In this document: positions 1-9,935 of the stretch, piece after piece
How positions within the stretch are numbered: position 1 is the first letter of the stretch
How the letters are laid out: every line of letters starts with the position of its first letter
NCBI GenBank assembly: GCA_965222375.1
Contig: CBDCTZ010000016.1
Location: 640,001-704,000 of the forward strand
From: Polyangiaceae bacterium
Lineage (GTDB): Bacteria > Myxococcota_A > Polyangia > Polyangiales > Polyangiaceae
Length of the DNA: 64,000 nucleotides
Direction of reading: 5' to 3'
Position numbers and translations under genes: made by a program
The notes under the pieces: generated by a model
What the model was told of the DNA's origin: nothing
What the model saw: the letters and a program-made list of their open reading frames with translations, nothing else
The model's database searches: none

Positions 1-242
1 TCGTGTTCTGCGATCTGATGATGCCAGGGATGTCCGGTATGGAGCTGTACGAGTGGCTCGACCGAGTGCACCCGGAGGTCGCGCAGAGGGTCGTCTTCAT
101 GACCGGGGGCGTGTTCACGCCGCGTGCCCGGGGCCTGCTGGAACGTGCAACCAACTCCGTGCTCCCCAAGCCCTTTGACGCCGACCAAGTGCGTCGCGCC
201 GCGGTGGACGTGATCTCCGGGAGCCCCTCGCCGGGTTCTTAA
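1..242 (+). CDS. Receiver domain, 3' end of a response regulator or hybrid kinase (truncated by window start)
   Basis: CDLMMPGMSG (phospho-Asp), VFMTG and LPKPF receiver motifs. Confidence 0.85.
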   Translation, partial: VFCDLMMPGMSGMELYEWLDRVHPEVAQRVVFMTGGVFTPRARGLLERATNSVLPKPFDADQVRRAAVDVISGSPSPGS

Positions 243-291
243 TCAAAACGCACCTGCTTGTACTCGCGAGCCTGGTGGTTACCCTTGGGGA

Positions 292-1446
292 ATGATCCGC
301 GTCGTCGAGACCTCAGGTGCGCCGTCAACCCTTGGTGAGCAGCAGGGGCAAGCGTGTTCGGACACGCTGCAACCCATGTACGACGGGCTGCGCGCTCTCC
401 CTCTCGCGCCGAAGTGGATGCCGGCGGGGCTTCATGGGCTGACCTTGCGAGCCGCAGTGGACGTTGCGGGAGCCTACTACCTGGCCCGTCACCGCAAGCT
501 GTTGAGCGGCCATGCTGGGGGTCGGTACCTCGCTGCCTTACGCGGCCTTGCCTACGGTTTCGACGCTCGTCCGTCGCGGATCTACGGCTTCAACGCCTTC
601 GAGATCGAAAGTGCCAATCCGAGCGTGAGCCTCGGTTGTACGGCCTTGGCATTCTCGGCAGATCAAACCGCTGAGGGCGTGCCGTTGTTGGCTTACAACC
701 ACGACTTCCCACCGTCCTTCGAGCGCTTCCTGATGCTTCGGCGCAGCCATCCCGAGGGCGCAGCGGCGAGCCTGTCGGTCACCTACCCCGCGCTGGTTGG
801 CGCCATTGCTGGAGTCAACGAACACGGCCTCGCTGCGACCTTGAACCAGGCGTTCGCGACCGATATCGAACGGGGCAAGTCGGCGCTACTGCTGACGATT
901 CTCGTTCAAGAATGCCTCGACCGTTGCCGCAACGTGGCCGAGGCCGTCGAACTCATCGAACGCACCCCGGTCACCAACGGGGGCTTCCTCACCCTCGTCG
1001 ATAGTGCCGGAGCACGGGTCGTCATGGAATTGTCCGCAACGTTGCGCAAGGCGCGTCGCAGCGGCGACGACGACATCCTCTACGCCTTCAACAAGTACAT
1101 GCTGCCAGCGCTTCAGGTTCGGGAGGTGCCCGTTGGCGCGAAGACCACGGGCATTGGCGCGGGTTACGACATACACGCCACCAACATCTCTCGGGAGCGG
1201 CGCTACAAGGAGATCATCCGAGAGGGGCACGCCTACTCCCAAGACGATATTCGCGCGCTACTCGCGGACCATGATGGCGCAGATGGCGACATGAACACGA
1301 TTTGCTGCCACGGCGACGCGCTCAACATGACCATCCTGAGCGCCATCATCGACCCCCAGGCTCGCGACATTCGACTGATCTTGGGTCGGACCTGCCAGGG
1401 CCGCTACGAGCGATACACGCTCGACAGGCGTCGCGCAGCTGCGTGA
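292..1446 (+). CDS. C45 family peptidase / acyltransferase (Ntn hydrolase)
   Basis: GCTALAF autocleavage Cys, YNHDF and GVNEHGLA motifs. Confidence 0.85.
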   Translation: MIRVVETSGAPSTLGEQQGQACSDTLQPMYDGLRALPLAPKWMPAGLHGLTLRAAVDVAGAYYLARHRKLLSGHAGGRYLAALRGLAYGFDARPSRIYGFNAFEIESANPSVSLGCTALAFSADQTAEGVPLLAYNHDFPPSFERFLMLRRSHPEGAAASLSVTYPALVGAIAGVNEHGLAATLNQAFATDIERGKSALLLTILVQECLDRCRNVAEAVELIERTPVTNGGFLTLVDSAGARVVMELSATLRKARRSGDDDILYAFNKYMLPALQVREVPVGAKTTGIGAGYDIHATNISRERRYKEIIREGHAYSQDDIRALLADHDGADGDMNTICCHGDALNMTILSAIIDPQARDIRLILGRTCQGRYERYTLDRRRAAA

Positions 1447-1525
1447 ACCCGTGAGAAGCAGTTGCGGCGTGGCTTGAATCGAGTCAGTCGGGGAAGGTTG
1501 GCGAGCCTAGCGCGTAGCGTGCCTC

Positions 1526-2161
1526 ATGAGCTTGGTACGTCGTATTCCCTTCACATTGCTATTCGGTTCCACCCTGGTCACGGTCTTGGCCTGCGCGGGC
1601 GGCCCCCGCCCTGAGCCGGCAGTTCCACCCAGCGAACCAGCGCCCCTCCCAGAGCCAGCTTCTGAGGCGGCGCCAGAGCCAACCGCCACCAACGAGCCGA
1701 AAGCAGAACCCGCTCCTGAACCCACCACCGAGGTTGCAGAGACACCCTCCGATGCCGCCGAGGTCAAGAAGCCGATCAGCCTTGCCGACACCCCACCGGG
1801 CGCTGCGCCACCCAAGCCACCCCCCGAAATCGAAGGCAAGCTCGTCGCACGAACGAAGAACGCTGTGCGCGTGAAGCTCGCGGGTCAGCAGCGCCCCGAG
1901 AAAGACCAGAGTCTCAGCTTGCTGCGCTTCTTCAGTGGCAAGGCCGGGGACAAGAGTCCCATCGGCGCTCTCGCGGGAATTTTCGGTGCCAAGGTCGCCG
2001 TCAGCGGCTGGGTCAGCGTTGCGGATGTGCGGGTGACCAAGGTCGACGGTGCGGTCGTTACCCTGGAAATCGAGAAAGAGAAGTCGAAGGTCGTGGTCAA
2101 CGGCAAGCCGACGAACCACTTCACGCCCGGCGCCAAACTCAAACTCACCGCGCGGGATTGA
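1526..2161 (+). CDS. Hypothetical lipoprotein with Pro/Glu-rich linker
   Basis: Lipobox VLAC, PEPA-rich N-terminus, beta-rich C-terminal domain. Confidence 0.7.
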   Translation: MSLVRRIPFTLLFGSTLVTVLACAGGPRPEPAVPPSEPAPLPEPASEAAPEPTATNEPKAEPAPEPTTEVAETPSDAAEVKKPISLADTPPGAAPPKPPPEIEGKLVARTKNAVRVKLAGQQRPEKDQSLSLLRFFSGKAGDKSPIGALAGIFGAKVAVSGWVSVADVRVTKVDGAVVTLEIEKEKSKVVVNGKPTNHFTPGAKLKLTARD

Positions 2162-2195
2162 GCCAGTGGGCATACAGCCCCGGCTCACCCCGCTA

Positions 2196-3071
2196 TCACA
2201 TGCCACTGAAGCCGAAACGCCCCGTCGCTGTGTTGCGGACGGCATCGCCGAACTTCCGAATCTCTTCCACTCGTTCGGGCGACAAGGGTCCCGCGAGCAC
2301 GCCAGCCACGTTGCTCTTCAACTCGTCGAAAGATCGCGCGCCGCATAGAGCCACGTCCACTTTGGAGTGCCCAAGCACGAAGCGATAGCACTCGGGGCCG
2401 CTCATGGGGCCGAGGTCACCCACGGGCTTGAGCAATCGACCCCAGCGAGTGGCCGTGTAGGACACGATGCCGGGGCGGTTCTTTTCGTCGAGGCTCGCGA
2501 AGATCTCTCGCTCCGCGCCCCGGTGGGCGGCGTTGTAGCGAATCATCAGTGAATCGAGGCCTAGCTCGTCTACGTAAGCCCGAGCACGCGGTCGATCGTG
2601 ACACGACACGGCGAGCGCCCGCACTTTGCCCTCTTGCTTCAGCTGCTCCATCGCCTGCCAGGTCTTGCCGGTCACGTACCAGTTCGCCTGAACCCAGAAG
2701 AGGTGAAAGACGTCGATGCCATCGACGCCAAAGAGCTTGGCCTGCTTGGCCCAGGCTCGCTTCACGCTTCCTCCAGTGGGAATGGACGCACCAGCCGCGA
2801 TCACTAGGTCGTCCCGGTGGCCGGCCGCCACCAGTCGCTGAATCCCCTGGACCAGCCCTTTCATTCTTGGAGAGACGAAGAAGTAGTTGATGCCGAAATC
2901 GTGGTAGGCTCGCTCCACCGCGTCTGCGTCGACGCCGAAGGAGCCCGCGAGACCCAGGCGTGACACCACAATTCCGGTATTGCCCAGGGTGCGCCTATCG
3001 ATCTGGCGGTCCTTGGGAGGCTCGACAGCGGGCTTGGTTCCGAGGCTTTCAGCTCTGACTGCGGTTGGCAT
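2196..3071 (-). CDS. Aldo/keto reductase
   Basis: RRTLGNTGIVVSRLGL, IDVFHLF and LKQEGKVRALAVSCH AKR motifs; start uncertain. Confidence 0.85.
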   Translation of the reverse strand: MPTAVRAESLGTKPAVEPPKDRQIDRRTLGNTGIVVSRLGLAGSFGVDADAVERAYHDFGINYFFVSPRMKGLVQGIQRLVAAGHRDDLVIAAGASIPTGGSVKRAWAKQAKLFGVDGIDVFHLFWVQANWYVTGKTWQAMEQLKQEGKVRALAVSCHDRPRARAYVDELGLDSLMIRYNAAHRGAEREIFASLDEKNRPGIVSYTATRWGRLLKPVGDLGPMSGPECYRFVLGHSKVDVALCGARSFDELKSNVAGVLAGPLSPERVEEIRKFGDAVRNTATGRFGFSGM

Positions 3072-3179
3072 CGGCACCAGGTTAATCACGACCTCCGCAG
3101 TGTCGAGGGCAGCGCTGACACTCGTCAGATTCACCGCGCGCACGCGGCGGCGCCGCCAGCTGGTGGACGTTGAATTCAG

Positions 3180-4439
3180 TTATGCCGGAAACGCCTCGAG
3201 CGCCTTCTGGAATCGACTGAGGGTCTCGTCGGCGGTCGACTTGTCGACGAGCAAGCTGGGCTTGAACTGCAGGACTGCCAAGTCGAAGCCGGAGAACATT
3301 GCCCACACCCCATTGTCATACAGCGCCTTGGACATCATCACGCCGCCGACATCCCCCGCGAACTTGAGCCCCATGACCAGGCCCTTGCGCCGCACTTCGA
3401 GGAACTTGTTCGGATACTCCGCCATGAGCCGCTCGAAACCCTGGCCGAAGTAGTCCGACATTGCGCCCACGCGCTGCAGTGTGGTCACGTCGGAGCAAAG
3501 CCCGAGCACCTTGTCCGCAACCCGGCAACCGATCTCGGCTCCCCCGAACGTGGATACGTGCGCGAAGCCATTTTCCGCAAGCCAGCCGCCGTGCTGCTTG
3601 CTGATCACGGTTGCAGAAATCGGATACATGCCACCAGAAAGCCCCTTGGCGGTGACGAGGATGTCCGGTTCGACGTCGTAGTTTTCGATTGCCCACAACG
3701 TGCCGGTGCGTCCCAGGCCGGTCTGCACCTCGTCGGCGATGTAGAGCGCGCCATGTTTTTCGCAGAGCTTCTTCACTCCGGCCAGGTACCCGGCCGCGGG
3801 CATAGGGAAGCCCAGAGTGGCCGGAATCGTCTCCATCAAGACCGCAGCCGTGTCTCCCTTGCGCAGCACGGCGTCCATGGCATCTAGATCATTGAACGTG
3901 ACGTTTTCAGTTTCGCCCTCGCCCCCCCCGCTAAGGAAGAACCGGGCCGCCGCGTCATCGCCGACTGTGCCCGACAGCCCGGTTCGGCCGTGGTAGCCGC
4001 CGTGGATCCCCACGATCTTGCGTCGCTGGGTGACGTGGCGCGCGGTTTTCATTGCGACGTCGATGGCCTCGCCCCCGCCACTGCCGAACACGGTGTAGTG
4101 CAGATCCCCGGGGGTCAGGCGCGCCAGGGTTTGGGCGCAGGCGTTGCGAGCCTCACTTGCGAAGTGGTGGTTGCCGATGTCGAGGGTCTGAACGGCACTC
4201 TCCAGAGTCGCGACGATGTCCGGGTTTCGGTGCCCTAGATTGAAGGTGCCGCCGTTGAGGTGACAATCGATGAGCCGACGACCGTCCAGGGTGTAGATGT
4301 AAGGACCCTTCCGCTCCCCGATGACTAGATCGATACCGACGTTGGTGAAGGTGTCGACCTTTCCAGGGCAGACGAACTCCTTGGCAAGGCGTAGTGCCTC
4401 GGCCTTGCGTGCTTTGGCGTCTCCGGTGTTCGTGCTCAT
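3180..4439 (-). CDS. Class III PLP-dependent aminotransferase
   Basis: NLGHRNP, YHGRT, IADEVQTGLGRTG and PDILVTAKGLSGG (PLP lysine). Confidence 0.93.
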   Translation of the reverse strand: MSTNTGDAKARKAEALRLAKEFVCPGKVDTFTNVGIDLVIGERKGPYIYTLDGRRLIDCHLNGGTFNLGHRNPDIVATLESAVQTLDIGNHHFASEARNACAQTLARLTPGDLHYTVFGSGGGEAIDVAMKTARHVTQRRKIVGIHGGYHGRTGLSGTVGDDAAARFFLSGGGEGETENVTFNDLDAMDAVLRKGDTAAVLMETIPATLGFPMPAAGYLAGVKKLCEKHGALYIADEVQTGLGRTGTLWAIENYDVEPDILVTAKGLSGGMYPISATVISKQHGGWLAENGFAHVSTFGGAEIGCRVADKVLGLCSDVTTLQRVGAMSDYFGQGFERLMAEYPNKFLEVRRKGLVMGLKFAGDVGGVMMSKALYDNGVWAMFSGFDLAVLQFKPSLLVDKSTADETLSRFQKALEAFPA

Positions 4440-4449
4440 GGCGTGTGTT

Positions 4450-5361
4450 CTAGAACTTGTTGCGATCGATCGTCGGTGCAATAAAGTTCGGGTAGGTTGT
4501 CCTCAAGATGGTTCGATAGAAGAAGCGATTGACGCGCATGAGCCGCATCGCCAGCGCGTAGAAGTCAGCGTCTTCGTTGTAGTACTTCTTCACGTCGTCC
4601 AGCGAAACGGGCGTTTCGAGTTTGAACACCTCGTTGGCGACCGGCAAGAGAGGCTCGACCAGATGATCGAGCTTTTCTTTTCTCAAGTTGCCTAGGAAAT
4701 CCAGGGCCTGACCGCGCAGGGTGTAGTAGGACGCCGCGGTTTCGGGGATCTTCTTGTTGAAGTACCCGCGTGCCGGGCGCAGCAAGCCTCCCAATGCGCT
4801 CTGGCTGAGTAGCTGCCAGTTGCACAGCTCGTCCCCGTTGGGCGAGCGCATGAGGGGCGTGCTGATGTCCAGACAGGTCAGCCCATCTTCGAAGAACACC
4901 CAGTTCGAAAGCTGACCGTCTACGGCGAGAGTGGGCGAGACGGCGCTCTTCACCGCGCCCAGTACATCTTGGAATCTCTCTCGGGCGTCTTCCACGCTCA
5001 GGCTGGCAAAGTAGCGTGGGCCAATTCGATCGGGATCGACCATGGGTTGCACCAGGTACAGCACAGTCGCATCGCTGTACGTTGTCAGCTGCACGAATCC
5101 CGTTTCGAGCACGCGCACCCCGCAGCCCTCGAGGGCAGTTACGTACTTCTCGACGAGCGCCCGGTGGTCTTGTGCGTCCTGGGCGGTCCGAAACACCGGG
5201 AACCGCTTGCAGGCGAACGCGCCCTCGTCCGCGTCGAGGCGAAATACCGTCGTGATTTCACCGTAGCCGAGGATGGTCAGATCCCCCGTATCGAGGGAGC
5301 GCAAGGAGCGCTGAACCCGGTCCTCCAGGGATCGCACCGCGCTTTCAGCAGGAAGTTCCAC
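4450..5361 (-). CDS. Kinase-like hypothetical protein (DUF6206-like)
   Basis: LGYGEITTV, ACKRFP, DGQLSN and LDIS resemble kinase/APH subdomains; family name from recall. Confidence 0.6.
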   Translation of the reverse strand: MELPAESAVRSLEDRVQRSLRSLDTGDLTILGYGEITTVFRLDADEGAFACKRFPVFRTAQDAQDHRALVEKYVTALEGCGVRVLETGFVQLTTYSDATVLYLVQPMVDPDRIGPRYFASLSVEDARERFQDVLGAVKSAVSPTLAVDGQLSNWVFFEDGLTCLDISTPLMRSPNGDELCNWQLLSQSALGGLLRPARGYFNKKIPETAASYYTLRGQALDFLGNLRKEKLDHLVEPLLPVANEVFKLETPVSLDDVKKYYNEDADFYALAMRLMRVNRFFYRTILRTTYPNFIAPTIDRNKF

Positions 5362-5507
5362 CCACCGCGATTGATCTCAGCCTGCCGCGCGGGCGTAAAT
5401 GCCCGCCGTCACTCGGGATATGTTCAGCGGGCGGCGCTGGAATCGGGTGTCCGCTTTCGAGCACCGCTCGGGGAAGAAACATCCCACCTGGCCGTACATC
5501 GCGGGAC

Positions 5508-6473
5508 ATGAACAGTTCTGGGCCCGTTCTGTCCGTTCTCAGCGCCCTGCTTCTGGGCTGCAGTAGCAGTGGTGTGGGTGGCGGATCCTTGCCGGATGGC
5601 GGTGCTGCAGCGCCTGGTTTCGGGGGTTTTGGCTCCGGGACCGCCCCGGGCACCGGCACCGGCACTGGGGCCACACCCGGCTTTGGCGGCTTCGGCAACT
5701 TCGGTTCGGGTGGCAGCCCCACTGGAACGGGCGGGGTGGCTCCCGGTGATGGCGGCAGCGTGGCCACGGGCGGAGGCGGCGGCGCCCAGACGTGCAGTGG
5801 ATGGCCATCGGGCCCCAGCGGAGTCACCCAGGGAAAGACCTTGCCGTCCCACCTCGCTTGGCAGGGCTATGCCGCCGGGCAGTCGAGTCCGAGTTCCGTG
5901 TCGGTTCAAGATCTCTACGACTGCAACGGCACCCGTGGCATCAACGCCATCTTGTTCATCAGTGCCAGCACGTCGTGCGGGATCTGCAAATCCGAGGCGA
6001 GCAAGCTCGAGTCGAAGATGCAGTACTGGAAGACGCTTGGCATTCAGGTCGTGACCCTGATGCTCAGCCCGAAGAGCATCGAAGCGGCCAAGTCTTGGAA
6101 GGACGCCTACGGCTTGCATTCTTCGGCAGTTGTGTCGGATCCGAACTACTCCATGGCCTACACCACGACCGTGGGCACGCCCCTGCACACCGTGGTCAAT
6201 CCGCGCAACATGCAAGTCGTGATGACTCAGATGGGTGGCGGTAGCGGCTCCTACACCGCCCTGGAAACGCTGGCTCAGCAGAACAAGCAAGGCGGCGGCG
6301 GTACCGGTGGTAGCCCGGGCACGGGCGGCTCGACCGGAACCGGTGGTTCCACCGGCGGCCTCAGTTGTGTCGGCTACTGCGGCACCGATACCCAGGTGGG
6401 TGGCTCCTGCTACTGCGACAGCCAGTGCATCCAATATGGTGACTGCTGCCCCGACTACGGGCAGATTTGCTGA
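5508..6473 (+). CDS. Lipoprotein with thioredoxin-like (CGIC) domain and C-terminal somatomedin-B-like domain
   Basis: Lipobox LLGC, STSCGICKSE, terminal SCVGYC...CYCDSQCIQYGDCCPDY. Confidence 0.75.
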   Translation: MNSSGPVLSVLSALLLGCSSSGVGGGSLPDGGAAAPGFGGFGSGTAPGTGTGTGATPGFGGFGNFGSGGSPTGTGGVAPGDGGSVATGGGGGAQTCSGWPSGPSGVTQGKTLPSHLAWQGYAAGQSSPSSVSVQDLYDCNGTRGINAILFISASTSCGICKSEASKLESKMQYWKTLGIQVVTLMLSPKSIEAAKSWKDAYGLHSSAVVSDPNYSMAYTTTVGTPLHTVVNPRNMQVVMTQMGGGSGSYTALETLAQQNKQGGGGTGGSPGTGGSTGTGGSTGGLSCVGYCGTDTQVGGSCYCDSQCIQYGDCCPDYGQIC

Positions 6474-6606
6474 GCCCTCAGCGGCCCTCTCCAGCCAATC
6501 AGAGCCGTCGGGGCGTTCCGCCCGCGCAACTACGCGCTGCCAACCGCGGTTTTGCAGGCAAGCCCGGCGCGGCAGTCGACTGCGCTAGTTTTCCAGGCAA
6601 AATGTC

Positions 6607-6623
6607 GAGGCACAGCGCTTGCT
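6607..6623 (+). promoter_or_regulatory. Candidate sigma54 -24/-12 promoter
   Basis: GGCACAGCGCTTGC, exact GG-N10-GC spacing about 40 nt upstream of ATG 6661. Confidence 0.5.
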
Positions 6624-6660
6624 TTTACAAGGCGCGGCGCCAGCCACGGACGACAACGAA

Positions 6661-8268
6661 ATGTCATCGAGCAACAACCTGCCGCGAGTTCTGTCGGCCA
6701 TAGCCTGTTTTGCGGTTCTAGCCTGCGGGGGTGATGACCAAGCTGCGGAGGTTGGCTCCGGCGGCAGCGCAGGAGCCGCGACCGGGGGACAAGCGGGTAC
6801 GGGGGGCTCAGCTGGCGGTGCCGGGTCGGGCGGCGCGTCGGGTTTCGGTGGCGCTAGCGGCAGTTCGGGCAGCGGAGGAACGGGTGGCTCGCTGCCCTCC
6901 AGTTGCGGTGATCCAACCTCGCCGCAGAAGCTGACCCTTCTCTCGGTATCGACCGCCAATCCTCGCTACCTGGAGAACGAGGCTGGCGTGGCTCAGCTGC
7001 TCACGGGGCAGCACATCTGGAACAACCTGCAAGTCGAGGGGCTGCACTACGACCCCTACCACGTGAGCGATCTGGACTACTGCGCCTACGTTGACCACAT
7101 GCAGGCCGACGGGCAGAACTTCATGCGCTTGTGGTCTTGGCAGAACTCCGCTTGGGAGAGCGGAGAGCGCGTCGAGCCGATGCCCTTCAAGCGCGTGAGC
7201 GGCACGGCCGCGGACGGGGGCAAGAAGTTCGATCTGACGGCCTTCAATCAGAAGTACTTCGATCGCATGCGAGATCGCATCATCGACGCCGGCAAGCGCG
7301 GCATCTACGTCGACATCATGCTGTTTCAAGGCTGGTCCGGGCACCGGAAGTCGCCCGCGCCCCAGAAGCAGACCTGGAAGTACAACGTCTTCAATTCGCT
7401 CAACAACATCAACGGCATCGATGGGGACACCAACAAAGACGGCTTCGGGGTCGAGGCACAGACCCTCGACGTGCCGAAGATCCTGGCGATTCAGAAAGCC
7501 TACGTGACCAAGGTCATCGATACAGTCAACGATCTCGACAACGTGCTCTACGAGGTCGTGAACGAGGGCGACCCCACGACCAAGAACCTGGACTGGCAGA
7601 AGTCGCTGATCGATTTCATCAAGCAAGAGCAGGCTGGCAAGCCCAAGCAGCACCCAGTGGGCTTCACCAACCAGATGGCGCCCCAGCTCAATGCCACCTT
7701 GCTCAATAGCAAAGCAGACTGGGTCTCCCTAGGCGGCGACAACAACACCGACTGGCCCGACGCCGATGGCAAGAAGGTCGTGATCCTGGATACGGATCAC
7801 ATCAGCCCGGCGTACTTTGGCGACAAGCCGGCCTTCCAGCGCCAGTGGTCCTGGAAGCTCTTCACCCGAGGCTACAGCTTCATCTTCATGTTGCTTTCCG
7901 TCGACGCCGCCACCAACGCTGGCAACGGTTTCAACGCCCTGGGCTTCAGCGGTGCGGACGCAGCGATGGCGCGCACCCGGACCTGGGCCGCGAAGTTCGA
8001 TCTGAACAAGTTTTTGCCCCGCTCCGACCTCGCTTCCACGGGCTACTGCCTGGCCCGCACCGGCGCCGAGTACCTGGTCTACGCGCCCAACGGCGGTAGC
8101 TTCACGCTCAAGATCGGGAGCGCGAACACCGGCAGCTACACCCAAGAGTGGTACAACCCGCGCAACGGCAAGACGAATTCGAGCAAGCAGGTCCAGCTCG
8201 ACCAGGCGTCGCCAACGTTTTCCGCGCCATCGACCTCGGACTGGGTGCTGTCCTTGAAAAGGAACTGA
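6661..8268 (+). CDS. Lipoprotein with glycoside-hydrolase-like TIM barrel (DUF6298/DUF4038-like) and C-terminal putative collagen-binding-type domain
   Basis: Lipobox VLAC, NFMRLW, VLYEVVNE (GH-A-like), YLVYAP..EWYNPRNG..DWVL. Confidence 0.7.
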   Translation: MSSSNNLPRVLSAIACFAVLACGGDDQAAEVGSGGSAGAATGGQAGTGGSAGGAGSGGASGFGGASGSSGSGGTGGSLPSSCGDPTSPQKLTLLSVSTANPRYLENEAGVAQLLTGQHIWNNLQVEGLHYDPYHVSDLDYCAYVDHMQADGQNFMRLWSWQNSAWESGERVEPMPFKRVSGTAADGGKKFDLTAFNQKYFDRMRDRIIDAGKRGIYVDIMLFQGWSGHRKSPAPQKQTWKYNVFNSLNNINGIDGDTNKDGFGVEAQTLDVPKILAIQKAYVTKVIDTVNDLDNVLYEVVNEGDPTTKNLDWQKSLIDFIKQEQAGKPKQHPVGFTNQMAPQLNATLLNSKADWVSLGGDNNTDWPDADGKKVVILDTDHISPAYFGDKPAFQRQWSWKLFTRGYSFIFMLLSVDAATNAGNGFNALGFSGADAAMARTRTWAAKFDLNKFLPRSDLASTGYCLARTGAEYLVYAPNGGSFTLKIGSANTGSYTQEWYNPRNGKTNSSKQVQLDQASPTFSAPSTSDWVLSLKRN

Positions 8269-8272
8269 TCCA

Positions 8273-9880
8273 GTGCATGTGAGGTCAGTGACCAGCGGGA
8301 CTACCCTGGGGCGCACAGGAGCACTCCTGGCCATCACTCTACTTGCGTCCGGCTGTTCCAGTTCCGACGCGGGCGACCCGTGCGCGGGCGTGAATTGCCC
8401 GGCCAATACCCAGTGCCGCGCCGGAACCTGCGTTGCAGCTGGCGAACCCTGCCCGGCACCGGGTGCGAGCGAGTGCGCCGGCGACGGAGTTCGCCGCTGC
8501 GAGGGGACGAGCGGCGCGAGCGTCTGGAGCGATGTCACGCCATGCGGCAAGGGGTTGCAGTGCAGCGGCGGGCAATGCCTCCCACCGACGCCGACCCCGG
8601 TCCAGCAGGCTCAGATCGACACCGTAGACGAATACATCGGCTTGGTGCAGCACCACTCGGGATGGGTGGATGATGTTTCGGTCGATGTGAACGCACTTCG
8701 CGACGAAGTGCGCGCCACGATCCTCCTCGGCGATGGTAGCGCTCCGCACCTGTATCGGGCTTTGAGGCTTGCGCTTTTGGCGTTTCCCATTGGACACCAC
8801 GGCCTGCGCGCCGAGCCAAGCGTTTGCGCCACGCCAAAGATGTTCAGCCAAGCACTGTCCCGATACGGCGCCTGCGCACGCCCGAGCGGTGACGCCATGG
8901 TGATTTCCCACGCGAAAGCGGGCAATGCGCTCGGGTTTTCGGTTGGGGATCTGATTGTCGCCGTCGATGGTCGCTCTGGGGACGACATGTTCGCCGAGGC
9001 GCTGCTTTATCCAGTGTGTGGCTCCAGCTCGCCGGCGCCCCACCATGCGCGGATGGCGGCGGCCACGTCATTGTTGGGTGCCGTGCCCGTCGGCTCGGTG
9101 CTCGACGTGAAGCGGGCTGACGGTTCGACCACGCAGATGACCGCAGTCGAAGCGCCCATCGACCAGCTGCCCTGCGTGGACCCGCTCGGTCGCAACACCA
9201 ACTTCGATGCCTCCTCCCGCATTCGAGGCGATGGCGTCGCCGTGATTCGGCTGCCACGCTTCTATTCTCTCAGTGCCGATCCCAACGCGCCCTACCAGGT
9301 GCAATTCGACCAGATGGTCGCTGCCATCAAGGCGGAGTTCGACAAGGTCTCCCACGCGCCAGCGATCATTTGGGACGCCCGTGCCAACGGTGGTGGCATG
9401 TCTCCAGTCGCTTTCAGCATCGTGGGTGGCATGCCGGGCGCGAAGCAAACTCACATCGCGCGCTGCGGCTACCGACTCGAGGGCACCTCGCCCGTCCAGC
9501 TTGCCACTGGCAGCGTGGGAGACTTCGTGGTTACTCCGGGCGGTCCCTTCACCTATTCCGGCAAGGTCGCTGTGCTCTCGGACGCCTTCGCCGGCAGCGC
9601 GGGTGACTACTTCGTGCGTGCGGTCGACCTGGCCACCAATGTGCCCATCGTCGGGACCCCATCCATGGGCGCCTTCGGTGGGGTGAAAGCTGGCATCCAG
9701 TTCGGCGCCGCCAAAGAGTTCACCGCGACTTTGGATCCCTATCGCTGCGCCGACGACAAAGACGTGGCCCTCGAGGGCCGACCTTCCGAGCCCGACGTAT
9801 TCGTGGAACTCGATCCCAAGGATCTGGCCAAGGGCATCGACACCCAAGAGGAGGCCGCGGCGCAGCTGCTGCTCGACTAG
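8273..9880 (+). CDS. S41 family peptidase lipoprotein with Cys-rich N-terminus and PDZ-like segment
   Basis: IIWDARANGGG, AGSAGDYF, IVGTPSMGA, LEGRPSEPDV. Confidence 0.85.
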   Translation: MHVRSVTSGTTLGRTGALLAITLLASGCSSSDAGDPCAGVNCPANTQCRAGTCVAAGEPCPAPGASECAGDGVRRCEGTSGASVWSDVTPCGKGLQCSGGQCLPPTPTPVQQAQIDTVDEYIGLVQHHSGWVDDVSVDVNALRDEVRATILLGDGSAPHLYRALRLALLAFPIGHHGLRAEPSVCATPKMFSQALSRYGACARPSGDAMVISHAKAGNALGFSVGDLIVAVDGRSGDDMFAEALLYPVCGSSSPAPHHARMAAATSLLGAVPVGSVLDVKRADGSTTQMTAVEAPIDQLPCVDPLGRNTNFDASSRIRGDGVAVIRLPRFYSLSADPNAPYQVQFDQMVAAIKAEFDKVSHAPAIIWDARANGGGMSPVAFSIVGGMPGAKQTHIARCGYRLEGTSPVQLATGSVGDFVVTPGGPFTYSGKVAVLSDAFAGSAGDYFVRAVDLATNVPIVGTPSMGAFGGVKAGIQFGAAKEFTATLDPYRCADDKDVALEGRPSEPDVFVELDPKDLAKGIDTQEEAAAQLLLD

Positions 9881-9935
9881 TGTCTCCGCGGCCGGCTTGG
9901 TCCAGCATTCACTGCTGCCAGTGTTCTCCGGTCGC

